From Octopus vulgaris (taxonomy: Eukaryota), in assembly GCA_951406725.2 (NCBI GenBank), contig OX597816.1, positions 46,686,001 to 46,750,000 on the forward strand: a stretch of DNA of 64,000 nucleotides, written 5' to 3'. How positions within the stretch are numbered: position 1 is the first letter of the stretch; each line of letters opens with the position of its first letter. The notes beneath the pieces were generated by a model. That model ran no database searches. It was not told where the DNA came from and saw only the letters and a program-made list of their open reading frames with translations. Position numbers and translations under genes: made by a program. Shown here piece by piece: positions 39,770 to 54,004 of the stretch.

Positions 39770-39985
39770 AATGTGGCCATTTCCTCAACTTCAATAAGGT
39801 CCTGCTTTTTTTCTTGCTAAAACGTTTGTCTTTGCCCCTTAATTCTATGGTTTGCTTCCAAGTATGAAACTTATCCTGTAAATGTTTGATAGTTTCAGCT
39901 ATGAGGAGTACTTCTTTGGTAAACATGAGTTGCAAGTAACAACAAGTCTTAAACTCCTCTATTATGGTCCAGAGAACTGTAATAT
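39770..39985 (-). mobile_element. Decayed RTE-clade reverse transcriptase fragment
   Basis: Minus-strand IIEEFKTCCYLQLMFTKEVLLIAETIKHLQDKFHTWKQTIELRG aligns by eye to the RTE region PWxLLYADDLVLIAE...WK..LE..G, with the YADD motif eroded. Confidence 0.55.
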
Positions 39986-40424
39986 AATACATGTGCACAC
40001 ACACACACACACACACATTGGTTGGTTGAATGAGCTGCTACAAACAAAACATTGAAGTTTCAATTAACCTAATATATACATGTGTGACAAATTTGACTCT
40101 ACTGAAAGTATTATTCTTTGTAAATGTTTGTTGCTTTTTATAATTTGAAAAGTCTAACGTTAACACTTGTATAGGTGCAAAATTATATAACACATAGACG
40201 AGATAAACAACAAGGAAAAACAGAGTGTACTAGGTTGATGCTCAGCAGATGATGAAAACAAAAAATATGAAATAAATTACCTTTAAGTTTTGAGTATTTA
40301 CTCTTCTTCTGAAAAGACAAACATGGAGAGAAAAAATTAGAAGGGCAAAAAAGAGAAACTGAGATACAACCATATGGAACTGCAGAAGTTTTTAATGATA
40401 TATATGTGTATATATATATATATA

Positions 40425-40833
40425 TATCATCATCATCGTTTAACATCTATTTTCCATGCTAGCATGGATTGGATGGTTCAACTGGGGTCTGGGAAGCCAG
40501 AAGGCTGCACCAAACTCCAGTCTGATCTGGCAGTGTTTCTACTGCTGGATGCCCTTCCTAACACCAACCACTCTGTGAGTGTAGTGGGTGCTTTTTACGT
40601 GCAACCAGCACAGGTATCATAACTACAATTTCTATTTGATTTTTATTTTGATGTTGATGTACTTGACTCAAAAGGTCTCCTCAAGCACAGCAGGTTGCCC
40701 TACGATCCAAGGTAAGCACAGCAGGCCGTCCTGCAATCCAAGGTACTTTGGATGGGCTGGGGCTGCTATATGAAGCTGGTGCAGGAAACAGCCATGAACT
40801 CGCGTTATTTGTTGGGTCTTTGCAGTCACATCA
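40425..40833 (-). mobile_element. Family C element with (GAT)n tail
   Basis: Reverse complement of 5085-5462 plus the 7230-7388 tail. Confidence 0.88.
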
Positions 40834-40919
40834 TATCTATATATATATATATATATAACTTCTGCTCAGTTTCTGGCTACCAAATTTCACTCATAAAGTG
40901 TTACCAATTCTGAGTCTTC

Positions 40920-40965
<46 letters not shown>

Positions 40966-41539
40966 CTGCATGGTGAGATTAAATTAAAAACCATAGTCTT
41001 AGTCACACTTATTTGTCTATTTATTTATTTATTCATTTTTCAAAAATACTAAAGAGGTTTTCAAAAACAAACCTCTTTAGTATTTTTTTTACTGGATATT
41101 CAACTATATTATGGCAGTTATAATTTATTTGCATTTACTTTTATGTGTTGAGGAAGTAGTATCAAAAAATCTACCAAATAATACTACAAACTGATTGGCA
41201 AGGGATGGGGTTGTTTTTGTGTTTTTCATTTTTTCAAATTTCTTTTTCATTTATGGTGACGTTAGTTTCTCCACCATTCTCCCACAACCTCGTCTTTGTT
41301 AACTAAAGTGTCGTTAAGGTCTTGTCTATGTGCTTGTTCATGCATGTGTACGTGCATGTGTGTGTGTGCACACGAGTGAGCATTTTAACTGTTAGGCAAC
41401 GTTTCATTGGCTTTCATATTCCCCTATTGGAAAATTCAAATTTAAAATTTAACTGTAGATTATTCACACCCACTTCCAACTTCATTTCAAAATATTCATA
41501 ATTTAAACAAACATGTACACAAAATAATTTTTATTCATG

Positions 41540-41571
<32 letters not shown>

Positions 41572-42074
41572 ACCCCTCTCTCTCTCACACCACCATCATC
41601 ATCATTATTTATTGTCCGGTTTCCATGCTGGCATGAGGTAAATAGTTTGACAGGAGCTGGCTAGGTAGGAGATAGCATCAGGCTTCAGTCCATTTTGGCA
41701 TGGTTTTTACAGCTGGATGCTCTTCCTAACCCCAACCATCTTGCACACACACACACACATCTTTTTTTTTTTTCTTTTGTTTCAGTCATTGAACTGCACC
41801 CATATTGGGGCACCAGCTAGATCAACCCCTGTACTTGTTTTTAAGTTTGGCCCTTAACCCTTTAACATACAGTCAAAATATCTTCTTTTTGGCACAATAC
41901 AAAGAGGTATGACTTAATACTTATCTGATGAAGTGCAAGTCCAATATATTCAACCACACACATTTTTCTATTATCTTTTACTCTTTTCAATCATTGGACT
42001 GCAATTATGCTGAAGCACCACATTCGAGGGCTTAGTTGAACTAAATGACCCCATTACTTATTTTGGTTAAACCT

Positions 42075-42350
42075 TCCTGGAGCAGGCTGTGTGTTGTATC
42101 CTTGAGCAAAGCACTTTATTCCATGTTGCTCCAGTTCACTCAGCTGTAGAAATGGGTTGTGACATCACTGGTGCCAAACTGTATCAGCCTTTGCCTTTCC
42201 CTTGGATAACATCGGTGGTGTGGAGAAGGGAGACTGGTATGCATGGACGACTGCTGGTCTTCCATAAATAACCTTGCCTGGACTTGTGCCTCAGAGGGGA
42301 ACTTTCTTGGTGCAATCCCATGGTCATTCATGACGGGGGGGGGGGGGCTT
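42075..42350 (+). mobile_element. CORE-like SINE family E inserted in an old family A copy
   Basis: gtgttgtatccttgagcaaagcactttattccatgttgctccagttcactcagctg core-like segment. Family A tail fragments on both sides. Confidence 0.6.
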
Positions 42351-42410
42351 TTACCCTCATTTAAGCTTAGTACTTATTCTACTGGTGTCTTTGGCCAAAC
42401 TGCTAAGTTA

Positions 42411-42825
42411 CAAGGATGTAAACAAACCAATACTGGTTATCGAGCAATGGGTGAGGGACAAAACCAAATACAAAGACACCTGCACATTTGCACAACAAGG
42501 ATGTAAACAAACTAATACTGGTTGTCAAGCAGTGGGTGAGGGACAAACCCAAATACAAAGACACATGCACATTTACACAACAAGGATGTAAACAAACCAA
42601 TACTGGTTGTTAAGCAGTGGGTGAGGGACAAACCCAAAGACACATGCACATTTGCACAACAAGGATGTAAACAAACCAATACTGGTTGTTAAGCAGTAGG
42701 TGAGGGACAAACCCAAATACAAAGACACCTGCACATTTGCACAACAAGGATGTAAACAAACCAATACTGGTTAAGCAGTGGGTGAGGGACAAACCCAAAT
42801 ACAAAGACACCTGCACATTTGTACA
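42411..42825. repeat. ~85-bp minisatellite (5 units) derived from the interior of a family A SINE (host ~41980-42978, minus)
   Basis: Units start caaggatgtaaacaaac at 42411, 42496, 42581, 42660 and 42745. Confidence 0.92.
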
Positions 42826-45800
42826 GCAAGCTTCCACACATTTTCCATCTGCCAAATTCACTCCCAAAGCTTTGGTCAGCCTGGGACTATAGTAAAAGAT
42901 ACTTGCCCAAGGTACCGCACAATGGGACTGAACCTGAAACCACATGGTTGGGAAGTGAACTTCTTGACCACATAGCCATAGCAAGTCTTTGAATCCACAA
43001 TGGGAGCTGATGTGTGGATAATAGAAATAAGAAGCCAATAAATACCCACCCCATCTCCTTTTTGTCTTCCTCCTCCGTTATTACCACTCTGAGAAGCTAT
43101 AGGACCTGCTTTGTATGCTGAGAAACTAATAAAATGGTTAGTCGACATTAGTAATTATCAAGTTCAGTGGCATACATCCTTAAATGATTGTTGATGACCG
43201 AATTCTTTTTCCTGTCCATCATTTGTGGACTTGTCTTTGCAGAACTGTGTGTGTATTTGTGGAGGTTTTTGTTATGTTTTTTTGTCCTGTTTCGTTTATT
43301 TTCATAACAGTGTCTTTCCTCGGTTATCAAGTGCAAATCGTTATCTGGATTCTCCATCTCTGTGGACTCTTTCTGGTATATACACAGATAAAAGATAAAA
43401 ATTATTCCAATGGATACACTTAGGCCTTCCTTAGTCTACATACAGTTTTAATGTGTACATATGTTGATGCACATCAACGCTCACAATAAATACACATATA
43501 TATGCAATCAACTAATCAATCTAAAAAAATCAATATAGGATGGGTTTCAATGGACTTTTTTTTCCTTTCTATACAGGATACTTTATATTTTGTTTTATTG
43601 CTGTTTTGTTATTGTTTCTGCTTCTTTTGTTTCCACAGGACAGTTTGCTTGGGGACCTTTATTTGTTTTTCCCCACCCATCCAATTTGTGATACAAAATT
43701 TTTCTCATACCCTTCAGGAGAGTGTTCATTGTATTTGTACACACTTCATTTAAGAGCTGATGTACAGATATTCATATATCTGTGTGTTTATATGTGTTCC
43801 TATATCTAGTTAATAATCTGTTGGTGATCCCAAGCTAACTATATTGATAGTAAATATTAATTTGATAGTTATTGTGTCTAAGAAACACAACACTGATTTG
43901 CATCATTTTTCTCCAGATTTCCATAGAAAATCAGTACTCTAATTGAACAGACTTAAGATCAAAATTATTACAGCTATGACTATCCATTTTGTTTTATTCA
44001 TAGAATGTCATCCTATGGGTTTCTCCTGTCTCAAGACAGTAAGAAATGATTCAAGGGTAATGTAGCTGCTATTTCTAGTAAACCAGGCAACCACATATAG
44101 GATCATGCATTGGCTTGTGCTGATAATTTTAATGTATATTGTGGTGGCTACATTTTAAAATAATTGCCTGGTTAAATATAGGAATATTTCCATGAACTTT
44201 AGAAAAGTTGAGTCAGAATGCATAAGGACTTTATAGTCGCTTTTGTAGATTTCTCATTCTTATCTATTGATAGATATACCATTATGTCTCTGGACAGGGA
44301 TCTAAATTTTATATATGTAACTCTTCTCACATAGATTGAGACTTAAAATGCACTAGATGCTTATCTTTTGCAGTAAATATTTTTAACAGGTATATCTTTT
44401 GCAAAGAAAGCTAACTAAAAATAATATGATGAATTTTGAACTTGGAACCTTTAGATCAATAGATCATTTATAAAGTCATTTAGCAATTTTGCCCTTGTTA
44501 CTTATAATATTTATTCAATTTGTCACATTATTGACTTCCGCAGATTGTAACTGCTAACATGAACACTGTGCTACTAGCAAGTAATTGGTATTGTCTTGCA
44601 TTAACGGAAGTCATGCCAACTAGTGCAAAGAAAGTGCTTTAAAAATAAATAACTCTAGTGGCAACAGCAACTACAACGTAAATGCAAACCATTATTACTA
44701 CTACTATTACTACTACTGTATATATTTTACATCTATCTTTTTTTAAAGTGGGTCAGTTGGTCTATTGAAGACCATGTTTAATTAAAAACAAAAGACAAAT
44801 ATCACACACATGTACAAATGTTGACATTAAAGAAGATTGGTCTGTTTTTTTTTAATGACTCATAGTGGACACAGTAGAGTCCATGACCCATTTCAAGGCT
44901 TTCAAGGCTTTCAAGACAAGCTGGGGGGAGGAGGTTGTCCTCAGACCAGAGGCCTGGGCCTAAAGCTGGTATAGGGGACTTATCTACTTAAGCCCTTCAT
45001 TCTCTGTAGAGAAGAGGTCATTGATGACTTTTCTCTACTGTTCTGTCTCAGGGCTGTCTTTTCTGCTCCTCTCCATTTGGATCCCTGCTTTTTTTTCACT
45101 CTGTCTCAGTATTTTGCTATGTGTTTCCCTGAGGGAAAGCCTTCTCCCAGGTTTTGTAGGTTTTAAATTGTCATTGATGCTTCTCTAACTTGGCCTTTTT
45201 TTTCTAGGTAGGGGTGTTGGGACCCATTTTTGTCTCTGGGAAGTGGTGGTCCATATTAATCTGGCCTCTTTCATTTGACCTGTCTTGCATGGAAGCCCCT
45301 ATCAGGAGCTTGCAATTCGATGGCATAACTCTGAGCATCATTGAGGCACATTAACCATTACACTGCAACATGACTGGACCTTGTGGTCGGTACTGGGTGG
45401 ATCCTACTAAAGACAACCAAAAGGCTGGTGGTGGAGGCAGTGCCCCCACCCCAGTAACAGATTAAACAAGATAATATTATTTGACACTTCTGAGCAATTA
45501 TTGTTATGTAAAATATGATTCACTAAGCCCCAGGGAGGTTTTTAAGAGTTAGTGCTTTGCTCTGTTTCATGCATGAAAAATAATTTCCACATGGAATCAT
45601 TTTATCACATGCAGTTGTTTAGTTCCAGGTTAGTCCACATTGTGAAGAACTATACTCAAAGGCTGTGATCAGCACATGTTTGTTTAATGTATCCAGTGCT
45701 ACATTCTTTAATGCATGTCTGTTTTCCCTTTTTAAAAATAGTAGGGTGTGATTCAAGGGAGATTTGGTTGACATTTCTATGATTATGTAGATGTTCACTA

Positions 45801-46553
45801 TTTCTTTGGTTTCCTTACCATAAGTAACATTCCCAGGTGATCTGGTACCTCTATTGCTGATAGTTAAATCATGTTGACACAAGGTAGAATAAAGTGTTCT
45901 GATGTGAAACAGAAGTGTATGCAGCAGATTTTGTCACACTAGAGCATTGTACAAAATGTTTTGTAGTATTTGTTTCAGCTGTTTGCATTCTGGGTTCAAA
46001 TCTTGCCAAGTTCAACTTTGCCTTTCATTTTCCCAGTGTTGATACAATTTCAAATTTCTGGTTTTGTGCCTATTATGTCAGAAATCATTATGAAGGCATT
46101 CATATTTAGCCCCATAAGCATTTAAACCAGCCATATCTGACCAAAATATTCTACCTGTTTTATGTTCAAACTAACTAGATCTGGTCTTTCTCTCGCCTAC
46201 CTTACAACATCATTGTTAAAATAGACAATCACATCACTGAAATATCAAAGCCACAAGAAATTGCATGATTAATTCAAAAGAATGTTTATAAATGTTACGT
46301 TTGACAGAAATCTGAATGCTAAAGGGTTATATTAAAATCTTGATCAAAATTTCATAAGATTAACAATGTGGTGTTGCTCAGCATCAGCCATAAAATATAG
46401 ATAACCCCCTCACTACTTCGCGGATTTTTAAAATATATATAAATATATATGAACGCCTAAAATTTTTCATTAAATCCATTAAAATATTAATAATAAATAT
46501 TATTTTCTAGCCTAGGAACATCAAAAGTGTAAAATAGCAAAAAAGTATATACG

Positions 46554-46950
46554 GGGGCAGGAGTGGCTGTGTGGTAAGTAGCTTGTTTACCAACCACATG
46601 GTTCCAGGTTCAGTCCCACTGCATGGCACCTTGGGCAAGTGTCTTCTACTATAGCCTCGGGCCGACCAAAGCCTTGTGAGTGGATTTGGTAACGGAAACT
46701 GAAAGAAGCATGTCGTATATATGTATATATATATATATATATATGCGTGTGTGTGTTTATCCCCCTAGCATTGCTTGACAACCGATGCTGGTGTGTTTAT
46801 GTCCTCGTTAGTTAGCGGTTCGGCAAAAAGAGACCGATAGAATAAGTACTGGGCTTACAAAAGAATTAGTCCTGGGGTCGATTTGCTCGACTAAAGGCGG
46901 TGCTCCAGCATGGCCGCAGTCAAATGACTGAAACAAGTAAAGTAAAGTAA
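46554..46950 (+). mobile_element. SINE family A, full length, inside a probable Tc1/pogo-type MITE (~46400-47270)
   Basis: Consensus match. The host ends ...gataaacgagggatcactg-TA at ~47270. Confidence 0.9.
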
Positions 46951-49526
46951 AGGGGTATTTGAACTTAAGACAGGCTGTGATTGGTGCACTAGGGAGAGAC
47001 GACGAATTACAGCTTTCTATTTTGTAACTGGCCTGTGTAACAGTAACAATCTTTATGTTTTTTTAAATCTAAAGTGTTATTGCTTAACAGTTGTCCTTGT
47101 TATTAATAGATTACTGTAATGGGTGGGTTGTTGACAGTACAGGGAGGGTTTTAAAAGTCCAAATACACGTTAAATAAATACTGTAAATATGGTGTCCCTA
47201 CTTCACGGAAATTCAGTTATCACGGGCGGTCTCAGAACCAATTTACCGTGATAAACGAGGGATCACTGTATAGAAAATTATAAGCCTTCATATTGACTAT
47301 AGAAAATAGTGTAATATTAGGGCATATAAGCACCTGTAATAGGGGGAAAAAAACAGGTATTGTACTAATACCCATATTAATAGGTTTTAGTAATTATCAA
47401 AAGCTTCATAGATCCTGATTAGATTGAAAATTAATTGTAACATGTACACAGTCTATTTGTAAGTAATATAGTCTCAAAAAGGACAAAATATAAATATTTC
47501 TTTGTAGTTTTTGAAAAAATTAAGAATTCAGGTGATATATTTCATGCATTGTTTGTCATTGAACTGGAATGACCATAAACTGTTGTGTGTACACAGTGTT
47601 GTTACATCTTGATTACTTTACTGGCTATGATGACTAATATAGCACACTATAATTAGTTTGGCTAAAATAGATTGCTGTTTCACTCACTTTGCTTCAGTTA
47701 TACGCTTTTATTTTCTTTGTGTTTAGTTTCTTATTATCTGCCCTCCTCCAGTTCCTCTTCCTGCTGAAACTAATATTTACGTTGATTAATTTCATAATAA
47801 ATATTGTGTGTACATGCATTTCTCTGTGTGTGTGTGTGTACATGGTTAGCTGTGTGTGTGTGTCTCTTCAGAACTCCAACATTAAATTAAACCTCTCTTG
47901 GTCAGTATTATATTTATATATTTATTGTATACATCTTCCACAACTTATCTGTAATAGGTTGTTGTAGAGCAGAATATTTGACTCTTGCATTTCATTTGCC
48001 AATATGCATAAAGAAAATTCTCCTTTATTTCGTGTTACTATACAACTGTTTTATTTCAAACTACTATTTCACCTTCTACAAATTATAGTAGCTATTTATA
48101 ATGCACTTGACATAAGAGACATCTCTATTTCTAATGTCAGAGGTATTCAGCCAAGTCCTATCTTCTTCATTGCCACTGAAAGATATCATTATCAATCTTG
48201 ATATAGTTTTCATTATCACATTCCAGAAAGTAGATAGTTCATTCTTTAAAATAATTATTGCCTGTAACTTTTAGACACTATTGATAGGTTTAACTCTTTT
48301 GATATTAACATACCTGAGACTGCCCTTTGGTCCTATTGTACAAAATTCTTGTTTTAACCCTTTCACTATCCCATTTCTGCTGAAATATACTACCTTTGTT
48401 TCAATTTATTTTTTAAATAATTTAGAAAAATACGTCATTGTTAAAACTAGTATTTGGAACATAAATTAACATGAAATTTTGATAAGTTTTAATCTAGAAC
48501 ATACTAAAACAGGAAGTTTTGTATCATAAATTATTTTGCTAAATTCTTCATTATCTTTAAAAATTAATTGAAGCATGGGTAGTGTACTTCAGTAGAAAAT
48601 ATGTTAATGGAAGGATTAATATAGTGTAACAGTTTTATCAGGTAAACTCATTTAGCTTCTGAGTGTTTCCCTGATCAAACAAACCTGTGTTGAGAGGTAT
48701 TCCAGTCATACCTACATTAAGTGCTCAAAACCCTTCTGATTGTATTTCTTTTTCCTAAGAGGAAAACCTTTTGTAAAAGCTCTACAGGACTTTCATTTTT
48801 TTATCTCCTTCAACCATTTGTTGGTTGTTATCATCATCATCATCATTATTATTATTAGATTTGGTCTCACAGTACCTGCTCAACTAATGTATCAAATCAG
48901 GACTCATCTATAAAACAGCTTTTTTTTTTTTTTTTTACATCATAAGCTTTTTGCCGTGTATTCAATATCAGGTATAATTATAGAAATTGGGTTTGAATGT
49001 ATATTTTGTTGTGTAACTTCAAAATGGTTTTTAAAAAATTATTCCATGTTCCATTTATCCTGTTTTATTTGTTTGTTTACTTAATGTTACATATATCTGA
49101 AGGTATAATGACTTGAATGAAATGACACGAAAATAAAGCAACACACACACATATATATATATATATACATATACTCATGCATACATATATATTCTATGAT
49201 ATTTTATCAGAGTGTAGATATGTTTTTTAGATGTGTAGATAAATTATATATACGCACCATGTCACCATACATTGTGTCAATACCAGCTTATATAAAACTA
49301 ATGGCCCTCTTGTACTGGTGTGAATAATTTAGGAATTAGTATATATTTATTTTGATATATGAGATAATTCTGTTTTATACTATAGATTACTCTGAATAGT
49401 AGTAAAAAATAATCTCAGCATGACAACAAATAAATAATTGCTCTCTATTTCTGTATTGAGTACTTTTCTTATTTGTAAATTCAAATGTGCATATATAATT
49501 TATATTTATTTGTTTCTGTTTTTCAG

Positions 49527-51093
49527 AAACTGGAAAATACCAATCATTTATCAGCCTTTTCTCCTATTAAATTCTGGGGCCAAACTCCTCTTAGGCCAGG
49601 AAACCTATCCTCTAAAACACATTATGAATCCAGTGAAGAACATGTTCATGATGTAGGTGGTAGTAGTTTAAGTGACCAAGGTGACGAATCTGACTACAAA
49701 TTGCAAACAAAGCTTGGTAAATCAACAGAAGAAAGCATGCCTGGAAAACCTAATGAAAACAACTCGGTGAGGAGATTCAGTGAAAAACAGACTAATGACT
49801 TGGTTTATGGCAAGCATGATGACTATATTTTGAGCATGAACAGAGAAAATATGTTTTTGGAAAAAGCACAACTTTATCAAGACAATGCTAACCCATTCAA
49901 AAAACTGGAAGACCATAACAATGTTGGCAAGAATATACTTTCAAACTCTCCGCTACAGACTCAAAAGTTTTACAGCATTAAAGATCCGTCCAAAGTTGGA
50001 AATATTAACTCTTCAAATCAGCATTTTTATCAAATGGTCACTCTTGACACTGATTGGTCTACAGATTCAACCCATGATGATAATAATACACCAAAATTTT
50101 CCACCTACAGTTTCAACAAGACCACTGATTCTGGTGTTATTGCTGATATTAGCAACAACAATATACAGACTCAAAGTTGTAACTTTAGTGAAAATATTGA
50201 TAAACCTTTACAGATTGAAACAATCAGTTCTACAGCTGATAAAATATGTTTCACTCCAGAGAAAAACAGCATGGAACAATCATCAGGGAAAGAATTATCG
50301 ACAGCATCTGACTCAGGGACTGACAAGTCCCCAGACATGTCTATAGCGACCACAACAACAGCATCAGAGAGCTGCAGCTCCTCACAAAAGTCTAAAAGAA
50401 AGATAAAAAAAGGCCACAAACCTGCTTTCTCCAGCTGCTCTTCTTGGTCTGGCGGAGATGCAGAAAATGCTGTTGAAAGTTCTTGTGATGCAAGTGGAGA
50501 AGAAAGTGGAGACAGTGATGGCTCAGATGAGTTTTCTACTGCCAGTGAAGACAGCCAGGATAACCTATATGAACGAGCCATGCATCCACATTCTCTTTAT
50601 AATGATAAAGTAGACTCTGCCAGAGTACCAGAGCATTCATCACTCCTTATTCAAAGAGAAGGAAGACGAAATAAAGAGAGGCCTTGGAGTGTTATTGAGC
50701 TTTATGAACAAAGCAATGGTCTTGACTTGAAACCATTTTTCATATCTGAAAGTGCTCTTGACCAGTTGCGTTCCCAGGAGGTATCAACTCCAACTAAAAA
50801 TAATCAATCCTTTGATTACGCATCTGCTACATTTCCTAGATTAAAGAGGAAAGAAAATATTTTGAAATCCCTTCATGCAACGTCAGATGATGCCCTGTCT
50901 CATCCAGGTGTGAAACGTAAACTTGAAAATGACTTTCCAAAACTCTGCCAAATTCTGAGCAGCTTATCTCGGGAAAGCTTAATGGGACAAAGTTATCGTT
51001 CTGAGAGCGAATCTGAGACAAAAGAACTTGCACGCCAACTACAAAACACAACCGTTTGTTCGGGTACAAGCGATACAGAATCTGAAAGTGGAG
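49527..51093 (+). CDS. klar: Large internal coding exon (1567 nt, phase 0/1), Ser/Thr/acidic-rich disordered region of the Klarsicht-like protein
   Basis: 547-aa ORF with tttttcag acceptor at 49526 and G|gtaagt donor at 51094. Contains SCDASGE, RPWSV and ISESAL motifs recalled from Klarsicht homologues. Phase 0 start matches the upstream exon. Confidence 0.88.
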
Positions 51094-51432
51094 GTAAGTT
51101 ATTTTCAGTGTTTCTATGTATAATTTAAAAGTAATAATAATGAGCTTAGGTGCCTTACTATTTGGAAAAGGGTAAAAGAGGTAATAGAAATAGCAATAAG
51201 TCAAATGAAGAAAGACAACATTGGTAGCCCAAAAGTTCATGCACAGTAAATAAAACACAAGACAGAAAAATAAACAATGGAAAGCTAAAGAGGGTAAAGA
51301 ATGCATAAGCATGCCAGGAGTAGTGTTAACAGTTACCAATTCCTCAAGCCGATGCTAGAATGCTAAAACAAAAAGTTATAAATCTAAGTGAAAAATAATA
51401 GTGTTTATACTCTTGTTTTTACTTATATATTA

Positions 51433-51733
51433 CTAGCAGTATCACCCGGCGTTGCTCGGGTTTGTAAGGGAAATAACTATATAAGCATTTTAGAGAGTTA
51501 CTTCCCTTATACAATAGCAAAAAAATGCATTAAAATGGGGGAAAATGGTGGTAAATTTTTTTTTAAATCACAGACTCATCGTAGACACGCGCTAATACCC
51601 AGAAGGGCTCGATATGAATCACGACTATAAGATACCCGCTTTTGGTTAAACTGCACCGCAAAATGTGGGAGTAGTTAGGAATCTAAATCATAGGAGACAG
51701 ACACTCACACAACTTCACTTTTATATATAAAGA
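51433..51733 (-). mobile_element. Non-autonomous Helitron (301 bp)
   Basis: Minus strand begins TC(TTTATATATAAAAG) and ends with the GC hairpin acccgagcaacgccgggt ~10 nt before CTAG. Inserted between host A and T, no TSD. Confidence 0.88.
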
Positions 51734-52144
51734 TTTTTATCAGTTATTTTAGTTTTAATGGCTTTGCAAATGTTTATATTAGGTGTTGCAATATCTGTTT
51801 TATATTTGAATGTTCTTCAGGTTATTAACTCCAGGTCAGCCCTATTTCTGCAGCCTTATCATCAATGGTCACACCATTCTCCTTTCAAGCATTGTGTTTC
51901 TCAGATTATCATATATATCAGCGTACAGGATGGAATTTGAACTTTAAAAAAATCACCCCAAAACTAGAGGTTGCCTTACATACCCCGTATAAAATCTGAA
52001 CCTTAACTTCCTGTGGTTTAGAGTAGCACCAATGTCAATGGAGAACCGTGTAAAGCACTCACATAGACCCTGTGGTTCTACAGTGCAGCATTTTCTACTG
52101 ATACTTGCACATATTGATGGAGAACACCATAAAACACTCACATA

Positions 52145-52307
52145 GGCGCAGGAGTGGCTGTGTGGTAAGTAGCTTGCTTACCAACCACATGGTTCCGGGT
52201 TCAGTCCCACTGCGTGGCATCTTGGGCAAGTGTCTTCTGCTATAGCCCCGGGCCGACCAATGCCTTGTGAGTGGATTTGGTAGACGGAAACTGAAAGAAG
52301 CCTGTCG

Positions 52308-52338
<31 letters not shown>

Positions 52339-52630
52339 ATGTGTGTGTGTATATGTTTATGTGTCTGTGCTTGTCCCCCTAGCATTGCTTGACAACCGAT
52401 GCTGGTGTATTTATGTCCCCGTCACTTAGCGGTTCGGCAAAAGAGACCGATAGAATAAGTACTGGGCTTACAAAGAATAAGTCCTGGGGTCGATTTGCTC
52501 AACTAAAGGCGGTGCTCCAGGATGGCCGCAGTCAAATGACTGAAACAAGTAAAAGTATAGATCCAATGGTTCTCCAGGATGGCCGCAGTCAAATGACTGA
52601 AACAAGTAAAAGTATAGATCCAATGGTTCT
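52145..52630 (+). mobile_element. SINE family A, full length, with tandem duplication of tail plus flank
   Basis: ctccaggatggccgcagtcaaatgactgaaacaagtaaaagtatagatccaatggtt is repeated twice (~52516-52629). Confidence 0.92.
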
Positions 52631-53590
52631 ACAACTCAGTATTTTCTATTGATACTTACTTATATGTTTGGGAGGCTGCATTAATAGTAAGATTATATTA
52701 ACATCTCAGCAAATTTAGTGGACAGACACCAGTCGCCATTTGCAACAACTGACAAACAGAAAATGTAAACAATCAGCCTGTTCAGCCAGGTCCCAGGGTC
52801 CATTCTGTTTACATTGCCTTGTTAGAATGCTCTCTCATACAGGTAAATGGTGTTGTTATGGTATACTTGACACCATGCTAGTTCCTGTAAAATAACCGAC
52901 GCCTAAGTGATGTCACTACAGTAGTGTTTACACCAGCCAGGTACATTTGAAAAGAACTGGATAAATTTTAAGCAACCAAAACTGCAGAATTGTTGCATAC
53001 AAAGTTAACTGATTGAAACTTAGTTAAAATACCATTGAAACACAAAAGCAGAGGCTTCAGGGGCCGCTGGAGAAGCTACAGCTCATCCAAACTCCTTTAG
53101 ATAATGAACCTTGCTCCTTCAGTGCTTAAGCTATTTTCCACAAAAACTTGGGGTAGTCTTATACAGCAAGTATAGCCCAAAATCCACTTTTTAAATGGAA
53201 ATCCTGGGAGTCATCTTGTACACCCAGTCGTATTATATGCTGGCATATACAGTATGTTCAAACTGGCCCACAGTTTTTAGTATGGGTAGGTATCATTTAA
53301 GGGAGATTTAGCTGCTAATTCTAACAGATTGAATAACCTCTTAAGGCTTCTGCATTGGCTCATGTGTATACTAGTGTTCACTGTTATTTCCTGAATTTTC
53401 TCTCCCTCTCAGGATTATTTTTTATCCTGAGGCAATAAGAAGTAGGCATAAATGGTAAAGAAGGGGGATTTATTTAGTTACTTTACAGGTTTTTAGCTTG
53501 GTGTGTCCTGTTATAGACTTTATAACTTGTTGAGCTTCATAAAATAATTATCAGCATTATGCTACTGTTGCCCAACCAGCTCTTTACACT

Positions 53591-54004
53591 TTACTCTCTT
53601 ACTCTTTTACTTGTTTCAGTCATTTGACTGCGGCCATGCTGGAGCACTGCCTTTAGTCGAGCAACTCGACCCCGGGACTTATTCTTTGTAAGCCCAGTAC
53701 TTATTCTATCGGTCTCTTTTGCCGAACCGCTAAGTGACGGGGACGTAAACACACCACCATCGGTTGTCAAGCAATGCTAGAGGGACAAACACAGACACAC
53801 AAACATATACATACACATACATACATATATATACATATATACGACAGGCTTCTTTCAGTTTCCGTCTACCAAATCCACTCACAAGGCATTGGTTGGCCCA
53901 AGGCTATAGCAGAAGACACTTGCCCAAGATGCCACGCAGTGGGACTGAACCCAGAACCATGTGGTTGCTAGGCAAGCTACTTACCACACAGCCACTCCTG
54001 CGCC
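53591..54004 (-). mobile_element. SINE family A, full length, young
   Basis: Highly similar to the reverse complement of 52145-52556. Confidence 0.93.

Noticed and set aside
42411-42825. Regularly spaced repeats as a CRISPR array
   Set aside because: Whole units repeat with no unique spacers, the sequence derives from a SINE, and no cas genes are present in this eukaryotic context.
50171-51339. Antisense and alternative-frame ORFs (136, 153 and 167 aa) overlapping the large exon
   Set aside because: Shadow ORFs of a real coding exon with no recognisable motifs.
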